Positions 25,201 through 40,200 of a stretch of 64,000 bases of DNA are shown one piece after another. The stretch covers positions 265,588 through 329,587 of the forward strand of contig NMRA01000271.1 in the NCBI GenBank assembly GCA_002633005.1, written 5' to 3'. Made by a program: the position numbers and the translations under genes. Each line of letters starts with the position of its first letter. Positions within the stretch are counted from its first letter, which is position 1. This DNA is from Phoronis australis (Eukaryota > Animalia > Phoronida). The notes beneath the pieces are model-generated. The model was not told the origin of the DNA. It ran no database searches and saw only the letters and a program-made list of their open reading frames with translations.

Positions 25201-28200
25201 NNNNNNNNNNNNNNNNNNNNNNNNNNNNNNNNNNNNNNNNNNNNNNNNNNNNNNNNNNNNNNNNNNNNNNNNNNNNNNNNNNNNNNNNNNNNNNNNNNNN
25301 NNNNNNNNNNNNNNNNNNNNNNNNNNNNNNNNNNNNNNNNNNNNNNNNNNNNNNNNNNNNNNNNNNNNNNNNNNNNNNNNNNNNNNNNNNNNNNNNNNNN
25401 NNNNNNNNNNNNNNNNNNNNNNNNNNNNNNNNNNNNNNNNGCCTCCTACCATACCGTCTCCTCAGCACCCCACCACAGCACTCCTCACCTTCCTGTTGTC
25501 CCACCTACCACCCCCTCTCTGCCTCCTACCATACCGTCACCTCAGCCCCTCACTCAGCACCCACCTGCTGCTCCAGCTGCCTCTGCCTCTCCGCCTCCCT
25601 CCGTGCCATCTCTTCCTGTTGTCTCCTCATCTCCTCCCTCAACCTCATCTCTTCCTCCTGCTGCCGCTGTAGTTCCTCCAATTTACGTTGCTTCTCCTCT
25701 TCTTCTCGAACCTGCTGCGCTCTTAGCTCTGCCTCCACCTTCTCTCTCTCCTGAAAACAGCAGTACCTAATGCCAGTATGTTCAACAACAACTACACTGG
25801 CTTGAAGGGTCATGCACCAAACAGGAACTCAAAAGTCACTAGGTGGCGCAAGTGAAACAGTCTAGCTATAGAGTGCATGCATTCAACACATGGTGACTCT
25901 TATTCAGCACAAGGCACTTCTACTGCAGCAGCGAAATAGAGCGTAGTCCAGCTGTTCAACAAACCTTAACTTTACTGTGTGTGTAGGTGAGTTTCCAAGC
26001 CATCGCCTCTGTTTATGGCAACACTGGAGCCTAACATATGGACAGCGATGACTTCGCAGTCTCAGCAAAGCACGACGCCAAAACAAGTCCACACTTCTGC
26101 CACTGCGCGATGCACACATGACAGAAACCTTCGCAAATTTGAAAGTTTGGAAAGAACTGCGAGCTCGTAATTGCGCCAGAGCAAACTCAATAAGCTGTCA
26201 CGACTTATCAGTACATGATCAAACTCAAAGACAAAAAACGAGGCTATAGGTTAAGGTTATGCAGACCTTATCAGCACGTCTATTCATAGTAAAATATTTA
26301 AAAAACTATAAATTTTACTGTCACAGTCAGTAAAAGTACTTATTTTCTGAAAGTACAAAATTTTTGACATTTCACCATTCCATTATTAATAGGGTCAAGG
26401 GACCATGCCTTCATATTAGTAAAATTTAGCAAATTAAAAAAGAAACATACATAAAACGCAAAACAACGCTACCAAAAACATGATCAAATTTTATTTGAAG
26501 TAAATGTTCAAAGTGAGATATCAAAAACGCTGTTACAGTTTTCTATATCATTTCATATTACGTAACTTTAAAAATTCTTCATAAAATCTTAAAACCCCTA
26601 CGTTTTGAGAGGCCCTCATGAAAAAGTGGAAAATTTTAAAATAACTAACAACATTTTTGAGAACAGTGCATAAATCATAGCATCTCAAAGTTTCATATGG
26701 ATCCTATCAGCCATCTCTTGATATCAATTTCAAGTTAGTAGCCAAATTTGGCCACGAGGGTCCTTAAGGTAAGAGCCAAATCAATCCTTGTGTAGCCTAA
26801 GTGACAAACCTTTCTTATTTTTTCTTGTTCCATCCTCTGTATGTCTTGTAATGATGGAGCTTGTGATGGTTCTATGTCCCACACACTGCCTCCCTGGGTC
26901 CAGGCACCTGCAGAATAGGTGTCAGACAGTTAAGAAAAATAAAGCCTCAAAATATGGATACATTATACGCATCCGTCTGGAGAACAGTAAATCTTTTATC
27001 TCAGCGACAATCGGGGAAACTCTGGAAGCCTCACTTCTGATCGAAAGTATACAGTGCTGTTTACTAGCTTTTTCCGTGTTTGTCAAAGCTGGTATCAAGT
27101 ATTCAACATTGCAAGTACGATTGAGGACAACACTGGCTTCTGCGGATTCTACAGTTACCATACTTCTCTCGTTATTTCTGAACAACAAACGGGACTTTTG
27201 GCATGCTCAATGGAAATTCAACGCCTTTTTAGTACAACTAATTAACCTCGATACCCTACCCCTTTCACAACTGGGAAAAATCTTAAAATAAAGGGCATCA
27301 AATTACCAAATTTGATTTTTGACATTTTAACTACTTCAAAAATATGGTTTTTACAACGACAAATTAAAATAACATAGACCTCCTTATAATTAATATCTTT
27401 CAAATATTCTCAAGGCTAAACGCAGAATTTAACCCTTATCCTGCTAAGCCTCTATTCAGACAACTTTCCCTGTGTGCTAAGCTAAGTAGGTCACCACTGC
27501 TGCTATGCACTGGGCTGTTATGAAGGTCACTCAGATTAATGACCTAACATTTTTAAATTGGAAATTTGAAGGGGTAATGTCAATTTCACATAAAAGTAGT
27601 CTGCACAAAAGTTGTTCAGAATTTAATGGAGTTTTTCACCATATACATATCTTTACCATCGTCTTGCTGTGAATAATTCTATTAACTTTCAAACTGGACA
27701 CCCTTTGTTTTTATCTGTTTTCGCACATGAGAACATTATAGCTGACACTCAAAAACCGTAATAAGCATTTTTAAAAGGGAATTCATGGGATTTGCATGTT
27801 TAANAAAACAGCAGTACCTAATGCCAGTATGTTCAACAACAACTACACTGGCTTGAAGGGTCATGCACCAAACAGGAACTCAAAAGTCACTAGGTGGCGC
27901 AAGTGAAACAGCCTAGCTATAGAGTGCATGCATTCAACACATGGTGACTCTTATTCAGCCCAAGGCACTTCAACTGCAGCAGCGAAATGTCGCGGAGTCC
28001 AGCTGTTCAACAAACCTTAACTTTACTGTGTGTGTAGGTGAGTTTCCAAGCTGGAGTCTAACATGTGGACAGCGATGACTTCGCTGTCTCAGCAAAGCAC
28101 GATGCCAAAACGAGTCCACACTTCTGCCACTGCGTGATGCACACATGACAGAAACCTTCGCAAATTTGAAAGTTTGGAAAGAACTGCGAGCTCGTAATTG

Positions 28201-31200
28201 CGCCAGAGCAAACTCAATAAGATGTCACGACTTATCGGTACGTGATCAAACTCAAAGACAAAAAATGGGTGCAATGAGGCTATAGGATAAAGGTTATGCA
28301 GACCTTATCGACACGTCTATTCATAGTAAAATATCTAAAAAAAACTATAAATTTTACTGCCACAGTCAGTAAAAGTACTTATTTTCTAAATGTAGAAAGA
28401 TTTTTGAGTTTTCACCAATCCCTTATTAATTGTGTCAAGGAACCACACCTTCATATTTATAGTAAAATTTAGCAAATTAAAAAAAAACGGACATGAAACC
28501 CAAAACAACGCTATCAAAAACACGATCAAATTTTATTTAAAGTAAATGTTAGAAGTGAGATATCAAAAACGCTGTTACAGTTTTCTATATCATTTCATAA
28601 TACGTAACTTTAAAAATTGTTCATAATTAAACCCCTACGTTTTGAGAGCCCCTCATGAAAAAGTGGAAAATTTTAAAATACCTATAAACAACATTTTTGA
28701 GAACAGTGCATAAATCATACTATCACAAAGTTTCATATGAATCCAATCAGCCATCTCTGGATATCAATTTCCAAAATTAGAAGCCAAATTTGGCCATGAG
28801 AGTCCTTAATGTAAGAGCCAAATCAATCCTCATGCAGCCTAAGTGACAAACCTTTCTTATTTTTTCTTGTTCCATCCTCTGTATGTCTTGTAATGAAGGA
28901 GCTTGTGATGGTTCTATGTCCCACACACTGCCTCCCTGGGTCCAGGCACCTGCCGAATAGGCGTCAGACAGTTAAGAAAATAAAGCCTCAAAATACGGAT
29001 ACATTATACGCATCCGTCTGGATAACGGTAAATCTTTTATCTCAACGACAATCGGGGAAAATCTGGAAGCCTCACTTCTGATCGAAAGTACTACAGTGCT
29101 GTCTACTAGCATTTTCCATGTTTGTCAAAGCTGGTATCAAATATTCAACATTGCAAGTACGGTTGAGGACAACACTGGCTTCTGCGGATTCTACAGTTAC
29201 CATACTTCTCTTGATATTTCTGAACAACAAACGGGACTTTTCACACACTTTTGAAGGTACTTCAAGGCATGCTCAATGGAAATTCAACGCCTTTTTAGTA
29301 CAACTAATTAATCTCGATACCCTACCCCTTTCACAACTGGGAAAAATCTTAAAATAAAGGGCATCAAATTACCAAATTTGATTTTTGACATTTTAATTAC
29401 TTCAAAAATATGGTTTTTACAACGACAAATTAAAATAACATAGACCTCCTTATAATTAATATCTTTCAAATATTCTCAAGGCTAAACGCAGAATTTAAGC
29501 GGCCTTTTATGAACAAAATTCAAACCTGAGGCTCTAAGCTGATGGGCTTTACAAGAGTGTGCGAACTCTGTAATACATATGGAGTTCTAAAAACCATACA
29601 CCACGTCACTCGAGTTCAACTGTAACAACAGGCACTGCTTACCGGAGACTGGAGGGTTGTTACCAGGCCAGGCAGACTCATCCTCTGTGCTAGGTTGAGA
29701 CATGGAACGCTGGAAGTTGGCATGGTGTAGATCACTGGGCTGAGACATGGACCGATGCATTGAGTTGGCCTCGGACGTGGGCGGGGACCTGCGATGGAGG
29801 AGACAGCAAGTGAGCGTTGGCACCATTGTGACAGACAAGCACTACGAACTAGATGAGGAGTTAACCAGGTAATACAAACTTAAATATTTAGTCGCCAAAG
29901 TATGGGAGCAAATAGCCTAATACTATTAGCCATACTTACATTAAAGACCACAGACCAAATCGCACAACCTATAAACACCTGAACTCTTTCACTTCACACT
30001 TTATAGCACGCACAGCTCTTTCCCAGTGCGAATGAAATTTCGAGGAAATTTGGGTGCACAAACAAAAATGCAACGGAATTGTTGTTATTAATTGTACTTG
30101 GTTCTGAAAGTTTTTGTATATCGTCTTATAGTTGAAATTCAGCTTACGAGTTCGACTCATGAACAGTTTGCAACGTAACATTTACGATTGAATATCTAGC
30201 TGCCATAGCTTTGATCCAACCACCGTTGAAAAATGGCTCTAAATTTCGAGAAAAAAAATTATTTCACTGAAATTTTTCTACTGAACGAAAGACTAACGTA
30301 AAGTGACCGTATGATGTCATAAAGTGCCCTCCTTGTACAGCTAAAAAATACACAACTGAAGGCAGGTACCTAAAATGCCAAATGGCAGCATTGATATCTG
30401 GGCAAGTCGTGCACGACGTCGCCAAAAGGAAACTTTGGCAGTGAAAGAGTTAAGAGACGCGACATTACAAGACTCGGTCATTACACGCCAGTCACTGCGA
30501 CCGCTTACCTGGGCGAGGCCTTCTGCGCCATCTGTTGAAGGAGCTGCTGTTGGTGCTGCTTCAAGAAGAGCTGCTGAATAAGCGCCATCTGTTGAGGCTG
30601 GGTTAACTTACTGAAATCTTCCTGCTGCTGAAGCTGTTGTACTATCATCTGCATTTGAATTTGTTGCCTAAGACACACACATAGAGAAACGGGTTTATTA
30701 TTGGATGGACTCATTAGAGTGTTCTGACTGGACATGAATCTAAAAATCCTTAACCCATGACCAGCGTCGGGGCTATTTTCTTCTCTGTGAAACAAAGAAA
30801 AGTTACTCAATGTCTGCAGGTATATATTACTTTTTTTTGAACTCCGTGCCTTGTCCCCACAACCGTAGCCAACTCACCTGAAGCACTACCTTTTTGTTGT
30901 CTTTGTGGGGAAGTTTTCAAATTTGCTATAAACCTTTATGAGTTCATGTAGGTTATAGAATACTATTCACTTTTAATGTCGTGGATAGACTAAAGCTTTT
31001 AAAATACATCTGAATTGGTAATAAATCTGCAGCACTACCTTTAGTTTCATTTTGTTTTGCCAATAACCAGTTAACTAGAGTTTACACACCAGCAAACTTC
31101 CACAAGTTGGTCGATACTACCACCATTTTACAAACTCGTCTTAGGAACGAGACACACACATGATCCCCAATGCAGCAAGCTAGACCGTCCGTCTAGACCA

Positions 31201-34200
31201 ATTTGAGTAACGTATCCGGATAGCAGCAATGGCAAACACCACTGTCAGATGCACCACTACAACGCAACAACAACAACCGCGACGGCATCCGACTCCGGCG
31301 AAGGGAAGGAGCAGGTGCCCAAACGTTCCCAACAAAAGCGTTGACACTAGTGCTAAGACTACCTACACAGTAGCAGTGAACTCTTACCTCATGATAGCTG
31401 ACTGCTGTAGTAATTGTTGCTGCATAATCATCTGCTGCTGCTGTTTCAACAGCTGCTGTTTGAGTTGATCAGTGGCCGAGTCCACTGAGCCAGCGTTGTT
31501 CTGCAACAGACAGCAGCACTGCAAGGTTTGATCTTACTACCAACGGGTGCAGCTTCATGCATAGAGCTACAGTACAAGACAAAAGTATCGCACTAGAACT
31601 ACCGCTTTGCCATCACCGCGGCTACTTCTGCAGTTAACAGCACGAAGGACTGGTATACAACTATAATGGGGGCAAAATTCCAAATAAAGATTGGCTTCGC
31701 CACTTTGCTAGCCTTCCTGACATTTTGTCCTTCATTCTCAGTCACAAGGAAAGACTACTCTAACTGATGGAGAGCTTGGCTTCCGCCTAGCCGTCATAAC
31801 AGGGAATTCCAGGTCATTATGTCTGAACACTTTTGGCTTGTACAATAGACTTGATTTTACTAACAAGGCAGTTTCATATAGGCGTGGGGCAACATTGTGA
31901 TATGGCAAATTTGGACTGCAACAGAATTATAGAAGAAAACTTTACTAAACAACAACTGTGTCCACAAGAATATGATTCTTAGGGAAAAGTGGAATCTTCA
32001 TAGTAGGAAGAATAGCCACAGATGTGTCAATAAGACGACAGCTTGGTACAGCTGCTTCTAACTCCAACATTCAAAACAAAAAGCTGAAGCAGAAACCGAT
32101 ACGAATATAAAGAAAAAGTTAAGCATTCACGGTGAATTATCCTAAAAATTTCAAAAAACTTCTTTTCGGCTCGCTGCGACTCCAGTACTTACAAGTAACG
32201 GGGGAGGTGACTGGCCCGGCATGAAGGGAATACGGCCCCATCTTTTAATAAGTTCACCTACAACAGACAAGCGTGATGAGTGAGGGTTCGCGCGTAGATA
32301 CACTGACAAGAGCTACTAAGCGATAGCCACATTCCAAAATACACTCTTACGTCTGAGAGGTAAGAAACTGATTCCGGCCAAGACAACAGCGGCGTCATCG
32401 CACGTAATGCCAGGAACTTAAATATTATAATAGAGCTTGATGGGAATTTTCTCAGATCTGTCTTGCAACCCACGGAACTGAGAGTATAAATGTAAACAAA
32501 TCTTCAAACAAACAACAAAAAGTTAGCAGCACAGCAACATGTGAAACCCAATGGCACAAAAACTAACCAGAAAAAGTGCCTGCCGGAAGTGAGGGACTAC
32601 GGGGGGAATAGTTTCGTTCGGCGGTTGCCGTACAACACCTTCAACTTCAGCCAATGTGTCATACAACGGGGAGGAAATCGCANTCAATGTCTGCCCTGTC
32701 CCCACAACCGTAGCCAACTCACCTGAAGCACTACCTTTTTGTTGTCTTTGTGGGGAAGTTATCAAATTTGCTATAAACCTTATGAGTTCATGTAGGTTAT
32801 AGAATACTATTCACTTTTAATGTCGTGGATAGACTAAAGCTTTTAAAATACATTTGAATTGGTAATAAATCTGCAGCACTACCTTTAGATTCGTTTTGTT
32901 TTGCCAATAACCAGTTAACTAGAGTTTACACACCAGCAAACTTCCACAAGTTGGTCGATACTACCACCATTTTACGAACTCGTCTGAGGAACGAGACACA
33001 CACACACGATCCCCAATGCAGCAAGCCAGACCATGCGTCTAGACCAATTTGAGTAACGTATCCGGATAGCAGCAATGGCAAACACCATTGTCAGATGCAC
33101 CACTACAACGCAATAACAACAACCGCAACGGCACCCGACTCAGGCGAAGGGAAGGAGCAGGTGCCCAAACGTTCCCATCAAAAGCGTTGACCCTAGTACT
33201 AAGACTACCTACACAGTAGTAGTGAACTCTTACCTCATGATAGCTGACTGTTGTAGTAATTGTTGCTGAATAATCATCTGCTGCTGCTGCTGTTTCAACA
33301 GCTGCTGTTTGAGTTGATCAGTGGCCGCGTCCACTGAGCCAGCGTTGTTCTGCAACAGACAGCAGCACTGCTAGGTTTGATCTTACTACCAACGAGTGCA
33401 GCTTCATGCACAGAGCTACATTACAAGACAAAAGTAACCAGACAAGCCATCACGGCGGCTACTTCTGCAGTTAACAGCACAAAGGACTTGTATATAACTA
33501 TAACGGAGGCAAAATTCCAAATAAAGACTGGCTTCGCCACCTTGCTAGCATTCCTGACATTTTGTCCTTCATCCTCAGTCACAAGGAAAGACTACCCTAA
33601 CTGATGGAGAGCTTGGCTTCCGTCTAGCCGTCATAACAGGGAATTCCAGGTCATTATGTCTGAATACTTTTGGCTTGTACAATAGACTTGATTATACTAA
33701 CAAGGCAGTTTCATATAGGCGTGGGGCAACAGTGTGATATGGCAAATTTGGACTGCAACAGAATTACAGAAGAAAACTTTACTAAACAACAACTGTGACC
33801 ACAAGAATATGATTCTTTGGGAAAAGTGGAATCTTCAAAGTAGGAAGAATAGCTACAGATGTGTCAATAGGACGACAGCTTGGTACAGCTGCGTCTAACT
33901 CCAACATTCAAAACAAAAAGCTGAAGCAGAAACCGATAAGAATATAAAGAAAAAGTTATTAAAAGCATTCATGGTGAATTATACTGAAAATTTCAAATTC
34001 TTCTTTTCAGCTCGCTGTGACTCCAGTACTTACAAGTAACGGGGGAGGTGACTGGCCCGGCATGAAGGGAATACGGCCCCATCTTTTAATAAGTTCACCT
34101 ACAACAGACAAGCGTGACGAGTGAGGGTTCACGCATAGATACACTGGCAAGAGCTACTAAGCGATAGCCACATTCCAAAATACACTCTTACGTCTGAGAG

Positions 34201-37200
34201 GTAAGAAACTGATTCCGGCCAAGACAACAGCGGCGTCATCGCACGTAATGCCAGGAACTTAAATATTATAATAGAGCTTGATGGGAATTTTCTCAGATCT
34301 GTCTTGCAACCCACGGAACTGAGAGTATAAATGTAAACAAATCTTCAAACAAACAACAAAAAGTTAGCAGCACAGCAACATGTGAAACCCAATGGCACAA
34401 AAACTAACCAGAAAAAGTGCCTGCCGGAAGTGAGGGACTACGGGGGGAATAGTTTCGTTCGGCGATTGCCGTACAACACCTTCAACTTCAGCCAATGTGT
34501 CATACAACGGGGAGGAAATCGCAGATTAGCCCGAAGCCCTGAGAGATTACTGGCAGTGAAACATTCGGTTGAGCTAAACTTGCAGGTTTCTCACCTAAGG
34601 GTTGAAATCTCTCATCACAGCCTCGCTTCACAGACAAACTCATGGTAAAATAACCGGCACTGAACCACTCAGCCATTTCACTGGATGTGAAGGGACCTGG
34701 AACAAATTGATACAAAACACCTCAGGCAAAGGTTAACGAACATTATGTACTCAATAAGAACACAGACGCCATTTTGTGGAGATAACCTCTGAGATAAACG
34801 GCAAAGAAACTGAAAATCTTGAAGAAGTTCATGTTTCACAATATGGTAAAACCTCACCAATTTTGGGCAAAATTACTCACAAAACTAATGATTTCTCATT
34901 TCAAGTTCTGGCATTCTTGTGAATGCCTGCAATTCTTTTAAACATATTACTATTCACAATTAAGCCCTGTTCAGAGTCCAGGGTGTAATTTTCGTACTCA
35001 AAATTGAATACAAAATAATTTTTTTTTGACAATTTTTCTTTCTACTTTATGGAAATGAACTAAAGACAAGTGTCTATTATTCTGCACTCCAGTACATTAT
35101 GATTTATACGATTGACTGTCTAATCCTAGTTTGCACTAGATGACCCCAGCACTAAAGCTAGGATTTCCAGTTTGTATAATACTCAAAGTGTCAACTTTTT
35201 CACAAAACTTTCACTTTCCACTAGAGTTTGTAGCTAGAATTTAGGGTCATCAAATGGACTAGAAACTCACCTACGTCAACCGTCATGTGCAGCAAAATAG
35301 ACACTTACCTCAAGATACTATTAGAGCAGGACGGAAAAGGTCAAATATGACTTCTAGGATTTCGAATTTAGAGATTAGACTGCAGCCTCCGATTGACAGG
35401 GCCTTCAAAGTACGGTTCCTAAGTTCACGATACTTCTTGTTGAACCAGCGTCCGCCAATGTATTAGTTAAATACTGACTTGGAAAACAACACATGACAGC
35501 AAAGTCTGTACCAGTTCACAGGCCAACTAAAGAAGAGCTGATCATAACAATGGTGCAACCTGCAGTTCAGGCTGCAGAGAAACAATCAAGCTGGATTCCC
35601 TTGAACTGGCCACGTCACCCTTGTAGCAGCTTTCAATTTTCAATACTGCACCTCAGGTGAGAGAGCATACCTTGCAGGTCGCCTTGAGGGTCCATGTAAA
35701 ACCACTTTTTAGCATCTTCATGGTCCAGCGGTACACCTCCACTTTCTATTTTGGCTTTGGCATTGGACTTTTCCTCCTCCTGCAAGAGTAACAACAGGCA
35801 CCACTTAACACTTCTAGGGATACCTTAAACACGTCAATTTCTAACTTCAATGACTAATTTTAGATCAACAAGCACATCTATATAATATTCAAAAACAAAA
35901 AAATGGCCCAACTACTACAGAGCTGGGCAACATGTGGACATGAAAGGTTTAAAGCAATACGGTTAAAACAAGAGCTATCTGGATTAAATGTAAGCACCAA
36001 AAACCAACCTTCTGACAACAAAAAGGAATAATCCAATTGAGTATACACCACTTCGTTTTGTAGTCAGTTATAGTGGTCCCAGGTTCTGAGAACAAGGTTT
36101 CTCCACTGAATATCAGATAAAACCCAAGATCCCTGCAAGTGATTAGTGTCATGACATTTACATATATCCAGGTTCTCATTCACTCAGGAACTTGAACCAG
36201 AGGAGCAGGAGACACTTCTCAGTTGTGTAGACAGGATTTGAACACAGATTTCATGAAAGGAGACCGGAGCTCAAGCCACTGTCTCCTAATAGAAGCTGAT
36301 GACACAAAACTGATAATGAAACTTTGAGTTCTCGACAAATAATAGGCTTTCAATTAGGGATAAAGTGAAGAAGTTCTGCGCCGGAACATTTTAGCTAGGT
36401 ACGAGAGAAAGCAATGGGAGCCTTTCGAGTGGCAACGTAGCGGCAGATCACACGGGACTGGATACTGGTGACCTCTAGAGGATGTGGAGGTAATTTAACT
36501 TTTGATTAAAACGCATCAAGTCTCATTACAAACACTGTAAAAGGATTTTATCATGAAGTAAAGATGTTCCCTTATGTCACCCACTGCCAAGAAGGGGTAT
36601 CTCCTCAGCTGACAAAACGGTCACCAGTGCCACGTTATCAGCCTCCACAGCTTTCTGAAAGTCTGCCCTTATAACACATACCTCAGCCGTCCATGTGTCA
36701 ACCATGTCTACTGCAGCTCTAGCCAAGTGGTCAAAGTTATCCTCCTCCATTGTATCACCATTGACTTTGACACTATCCAACACCTCGGACGCCACTCGTT
36801 CGGCACTACTCTCACTGCTAACAGTGTCATTAGGTGGCGCTGCATTAGAAACTGGCTTCTCTTCTACAGACTGCGACTGCAACAATTTGTCCACTTCAGT
36901 TGTATTCACCACAGTAGACGCAGACTTTATATCAGTTTCAGAGTCCTGTCTCTGTTTAATATCAACATTATTTTGAGATCCCGAGGACGCTCGGTCCTCT
37001 GCAGAACTGGATTCCTTCAATGAAATTGGCTTGTCTATTTCAGTCAGATCTTTGCCAGCTTTCCTGGATTCCTGAAGAAGTAGAAGACAATTCAGCAAAC
37101 ACAGTATGTATGCGCTATGGACTATAATAAAGCCAGCAAGAGAAAAACTATTCTCTAAAATACAGCCTTGACAACTGTTATTGCAACTTACACCAATCAA

Positions 37201-40200
37201 GGACATTATTCATATATCACATGAAGTGGTGGTCAATGTTTTCTCACCTCAACAAAAGTTAAAGCCACCCAGCTAAATGACTGCCACTCTAAAACAGTTG
37301 ATTTGTCAGTTCCATGAATGTGTTGGTGAAACATGTACTCTGCCAAGTGGCATTGACGTCACCGACACCACTGGCACCATGACACCCAATTCACATACCA
37401 AACAGTTTCTTATGGAAGCCATGTCTTCATTAACATGCTCCAGACACGATTTTTATTCGAGTCTGGCATTAATTAGGTAAAAGAAGAACAATTGAAAAGA
37501 ACAAAGCGGAGCATTGAAATGCGCCCATGAGAGCACTGCAAACGGTATGCTTCTATGGGTGTTTTTTAGTATCACAAAAATGGTCATTAGACGGCGCAGA
37601 AGGTGGCACCGTCTCTGTAACACACAAGTGCTTGCTAAATTTCATGAAAATAAGCCAAGGAACTTCTAAGATTTAGAGGCAAACATGAAAAACAATTGAT
37701 AATAGGGGGCACAGCTATAGTCCGATTGGTCGAAAATTATCGTCATCTGTTGCCATGTCTATGGGAATTCATCCGTCAAATTTCAGAAAGTTCCTTCAAA
37801 GGGTCAAGGAGATACAGCCATCAACGCAAAAAAGCAATTCCAGTACACCTGCTCCCTGGTTTCTATGACAACCAGCATCAACTAGAAACCATGTTAGAAT
37901 TAGAGGCTGTGTGGTAGCCAGTGAGCCTGATAAATAATCTCAAAGGGTCACTTCCAGCCACAATGACCGCAAAGACACGGAAGTCTACTACTCACCTTCT
38001 GCTTGGGTTTCTCATCAGCACCATTTTTAACAGTTATATTTTTATCCCCGTCTTCATCAGGTCGCCCATTCGCAACCTCACTTTGATCCTCTAGTTCCTT
38101 CAGGTCCTGCACAACAAGTTAAAATGTTACAAGCGGTTCGGCTGAAATTGTCTAACTCTGACTTCCTGCTGTTTCACAGACCTTCCATGCCTTCAGAATG
38201 AAGTTTAAGTAAGTAAAGCTGACAACTTAACACTAGCAACAACAGATTTGAAAGCCTCAGCAAAATAAGCGTTGAAAGCTCTTTTCACTAGAAATTACAA
38301 CTAAGAATGATGGTAGCATATTTACTAACGTTAGACAGTTGTAAATCACCTTTTGTTTACCGTTGACATAATCGTGAAACAAACGAAAGCAGTACTTTCT
38401 AATATTTATATGGATAGATAAAGATGTTAACCCTGCATATTTGCAAGCACTTCAACATCACACAAGCAAAGCAGTAGGAGCTTATTCACAGCCCGACAAC
38501 CCACAAGTTGATCAGAACCCCAAAGCTTTCTCAGGAAGGCTCACAGACAATTACCTAGATATAATCAATAAGAACACAAACCTTCATGGACACAAAGGCC
38601 CCACTGGCATCAAATGTGCCAACGTCTTCGTCGGGGTCCATAAGACTCCATTCAGGTACGTCCTCTACAAAAATAATTGAAATCACCGTCATTTCACATG
38701 TAGCTCACTTGGCTGTCAGTATAACATGGTAATCAGTTTTCAAATGAATTTGGTGTGAGTTTAATCTTGATGGTTATATAGGACCTCACTGACGGGTCAG
38801 TGTATTCAGCCACATGTCTTTTAAACAATAGATTTTAAATTGCCACAAGTATACATTCTCTGACAATAGAAAGCATGTAGAATTTGCATGTTTACTATTT
38901 ACCAATCTGTGCAACCGCATCATGTGACCCACATCTTTATAGTAACATTTAGCAAAAAAAGAAAGGCACATTGATACCAAACTAACGGTATCAATAGCAT
39001 GACCCAAATTTTTTCGATACAGATGCTCAAGATGAAATCAGAAAAAAACAGTTTTTAATTTTCCTTTTGTTTTCTTTTATGCCAAGTTTGACTTTTTTAC
39101 TACAATAGCAAGTCATAATTTTTGACAGCCCCTGATGAAGCGTTTAAAAAACAATTACAAACATTTTGAAGAACAGTGCACACGCAGAGCCTTGTATCTG
39201 AGAGTTTCACGTGAAACCGACCAGCCACTTATGAGACACGTTCCGACATTAGCCAAATTTGAACATTTTTCTATGGTCCTACAAGACTTCAGGCCACAGG
39301 CCAGAAAGCTAGGCATAAATTACCGCTGATAAAGTTTCCAACTCCAAACAACAATGAACAGGGTTCATGACAGCAAAATGAAGACAGAAGTTACCACCGC
39401 ACCAGTCCCAACCTGTGCGATCCAACAACTTTATCACTATTCCGAAAGCGCTCTGATAACCTGTGAACCCAAAGCTGTACTGACCCGAAAAAGTGACGCT
39501 TCCGCCCCCAAGACTCTCTTACCCTGATCCTCATCGTGAGAGCCACTCATGTACCGACTGCGAGAGTTATGCCGCTCCCGCCCGTAGCCATCACGGTGAA
39601 AACCACCACCCCGGTCTTCATGATACTCTGTCGTGTAGTACCGTCGACCCTCGCCACTCTCCCGCCAGTTGCTACGAGCTGTAACGTGAAAGTTGGAAGG
39701 AGACACTTAGCAAACATAAGTACACAAATATTAAAACAAACCGAATCCATCGCACTCAATGCAGAGTTTTCACAGACTAAACGGAGAAAGCAACAACTTT
39801 TGTCATTAACTTTAACAAAAACAAAGATCCCTGGTTATCTCGTACACATGTTTCTACGCTAATTACTGGACCCCTGGCATAATGGCTCGGCGAAAAGCCC
39901 TTATCTTGGCTTCTGTATTCACTGCCACGGTGCAAACACAATATCCGACTCCCTCTAGAGTGCGTTTCAAATTCAAAATACTATTCGTGTCAACAACAAT
40001 GGTTATCTTCTTGAAATGGCCTTTTGATTTTAAAAGCAAAGCATCAGCTACATCAGATTAAGTCAGTGAATTAGCAAATTAGCTTTTTCTTATCTGACTC
40101 GAGTACTTACTATTAGTACTGAGTACTTGCTATTAGTACTGAGTACTTACTATTAGTAATGAGTGCTTACTATTAGTACCAGAAAGCCAGTTTCACGCTG

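Larger units (their letters stand above)
25754..29498. other. Tandem duplicated block (25754-27432 vs 27805-29498), probable uncollapsed haplotypes
   Basis: Colinear copies joined at a single N (27804). Confidence 0.85.
30807..34523. other. Tandem duplicated block (30807-32682 vs 32684-34523), probable uncollapsed haplotypes
   Basis: Colinear copies joined at a single N (32683). Confidence 0.85.

Noticed and set aside
24693-25770. Long ORFs (353 aa and 294 aa) on the plus strand
   Set aside because: Artefacts of an N run, a C-rich minisatellite and the antisense of GIGYF exon 16.
26788-27291. 167-aa plus-strand ORF
   Set aside because: Overlaps GIGYF exon 15 antisense and is broken in the allelic copy (28893-29357).
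18180-34523. Genuine mutually exclusive tandem exons in GIGYF
   Set aside because: Every duplication abuts an N and the introns are duplicated colinearly as well, so allelic assembly is the simpler explanation.
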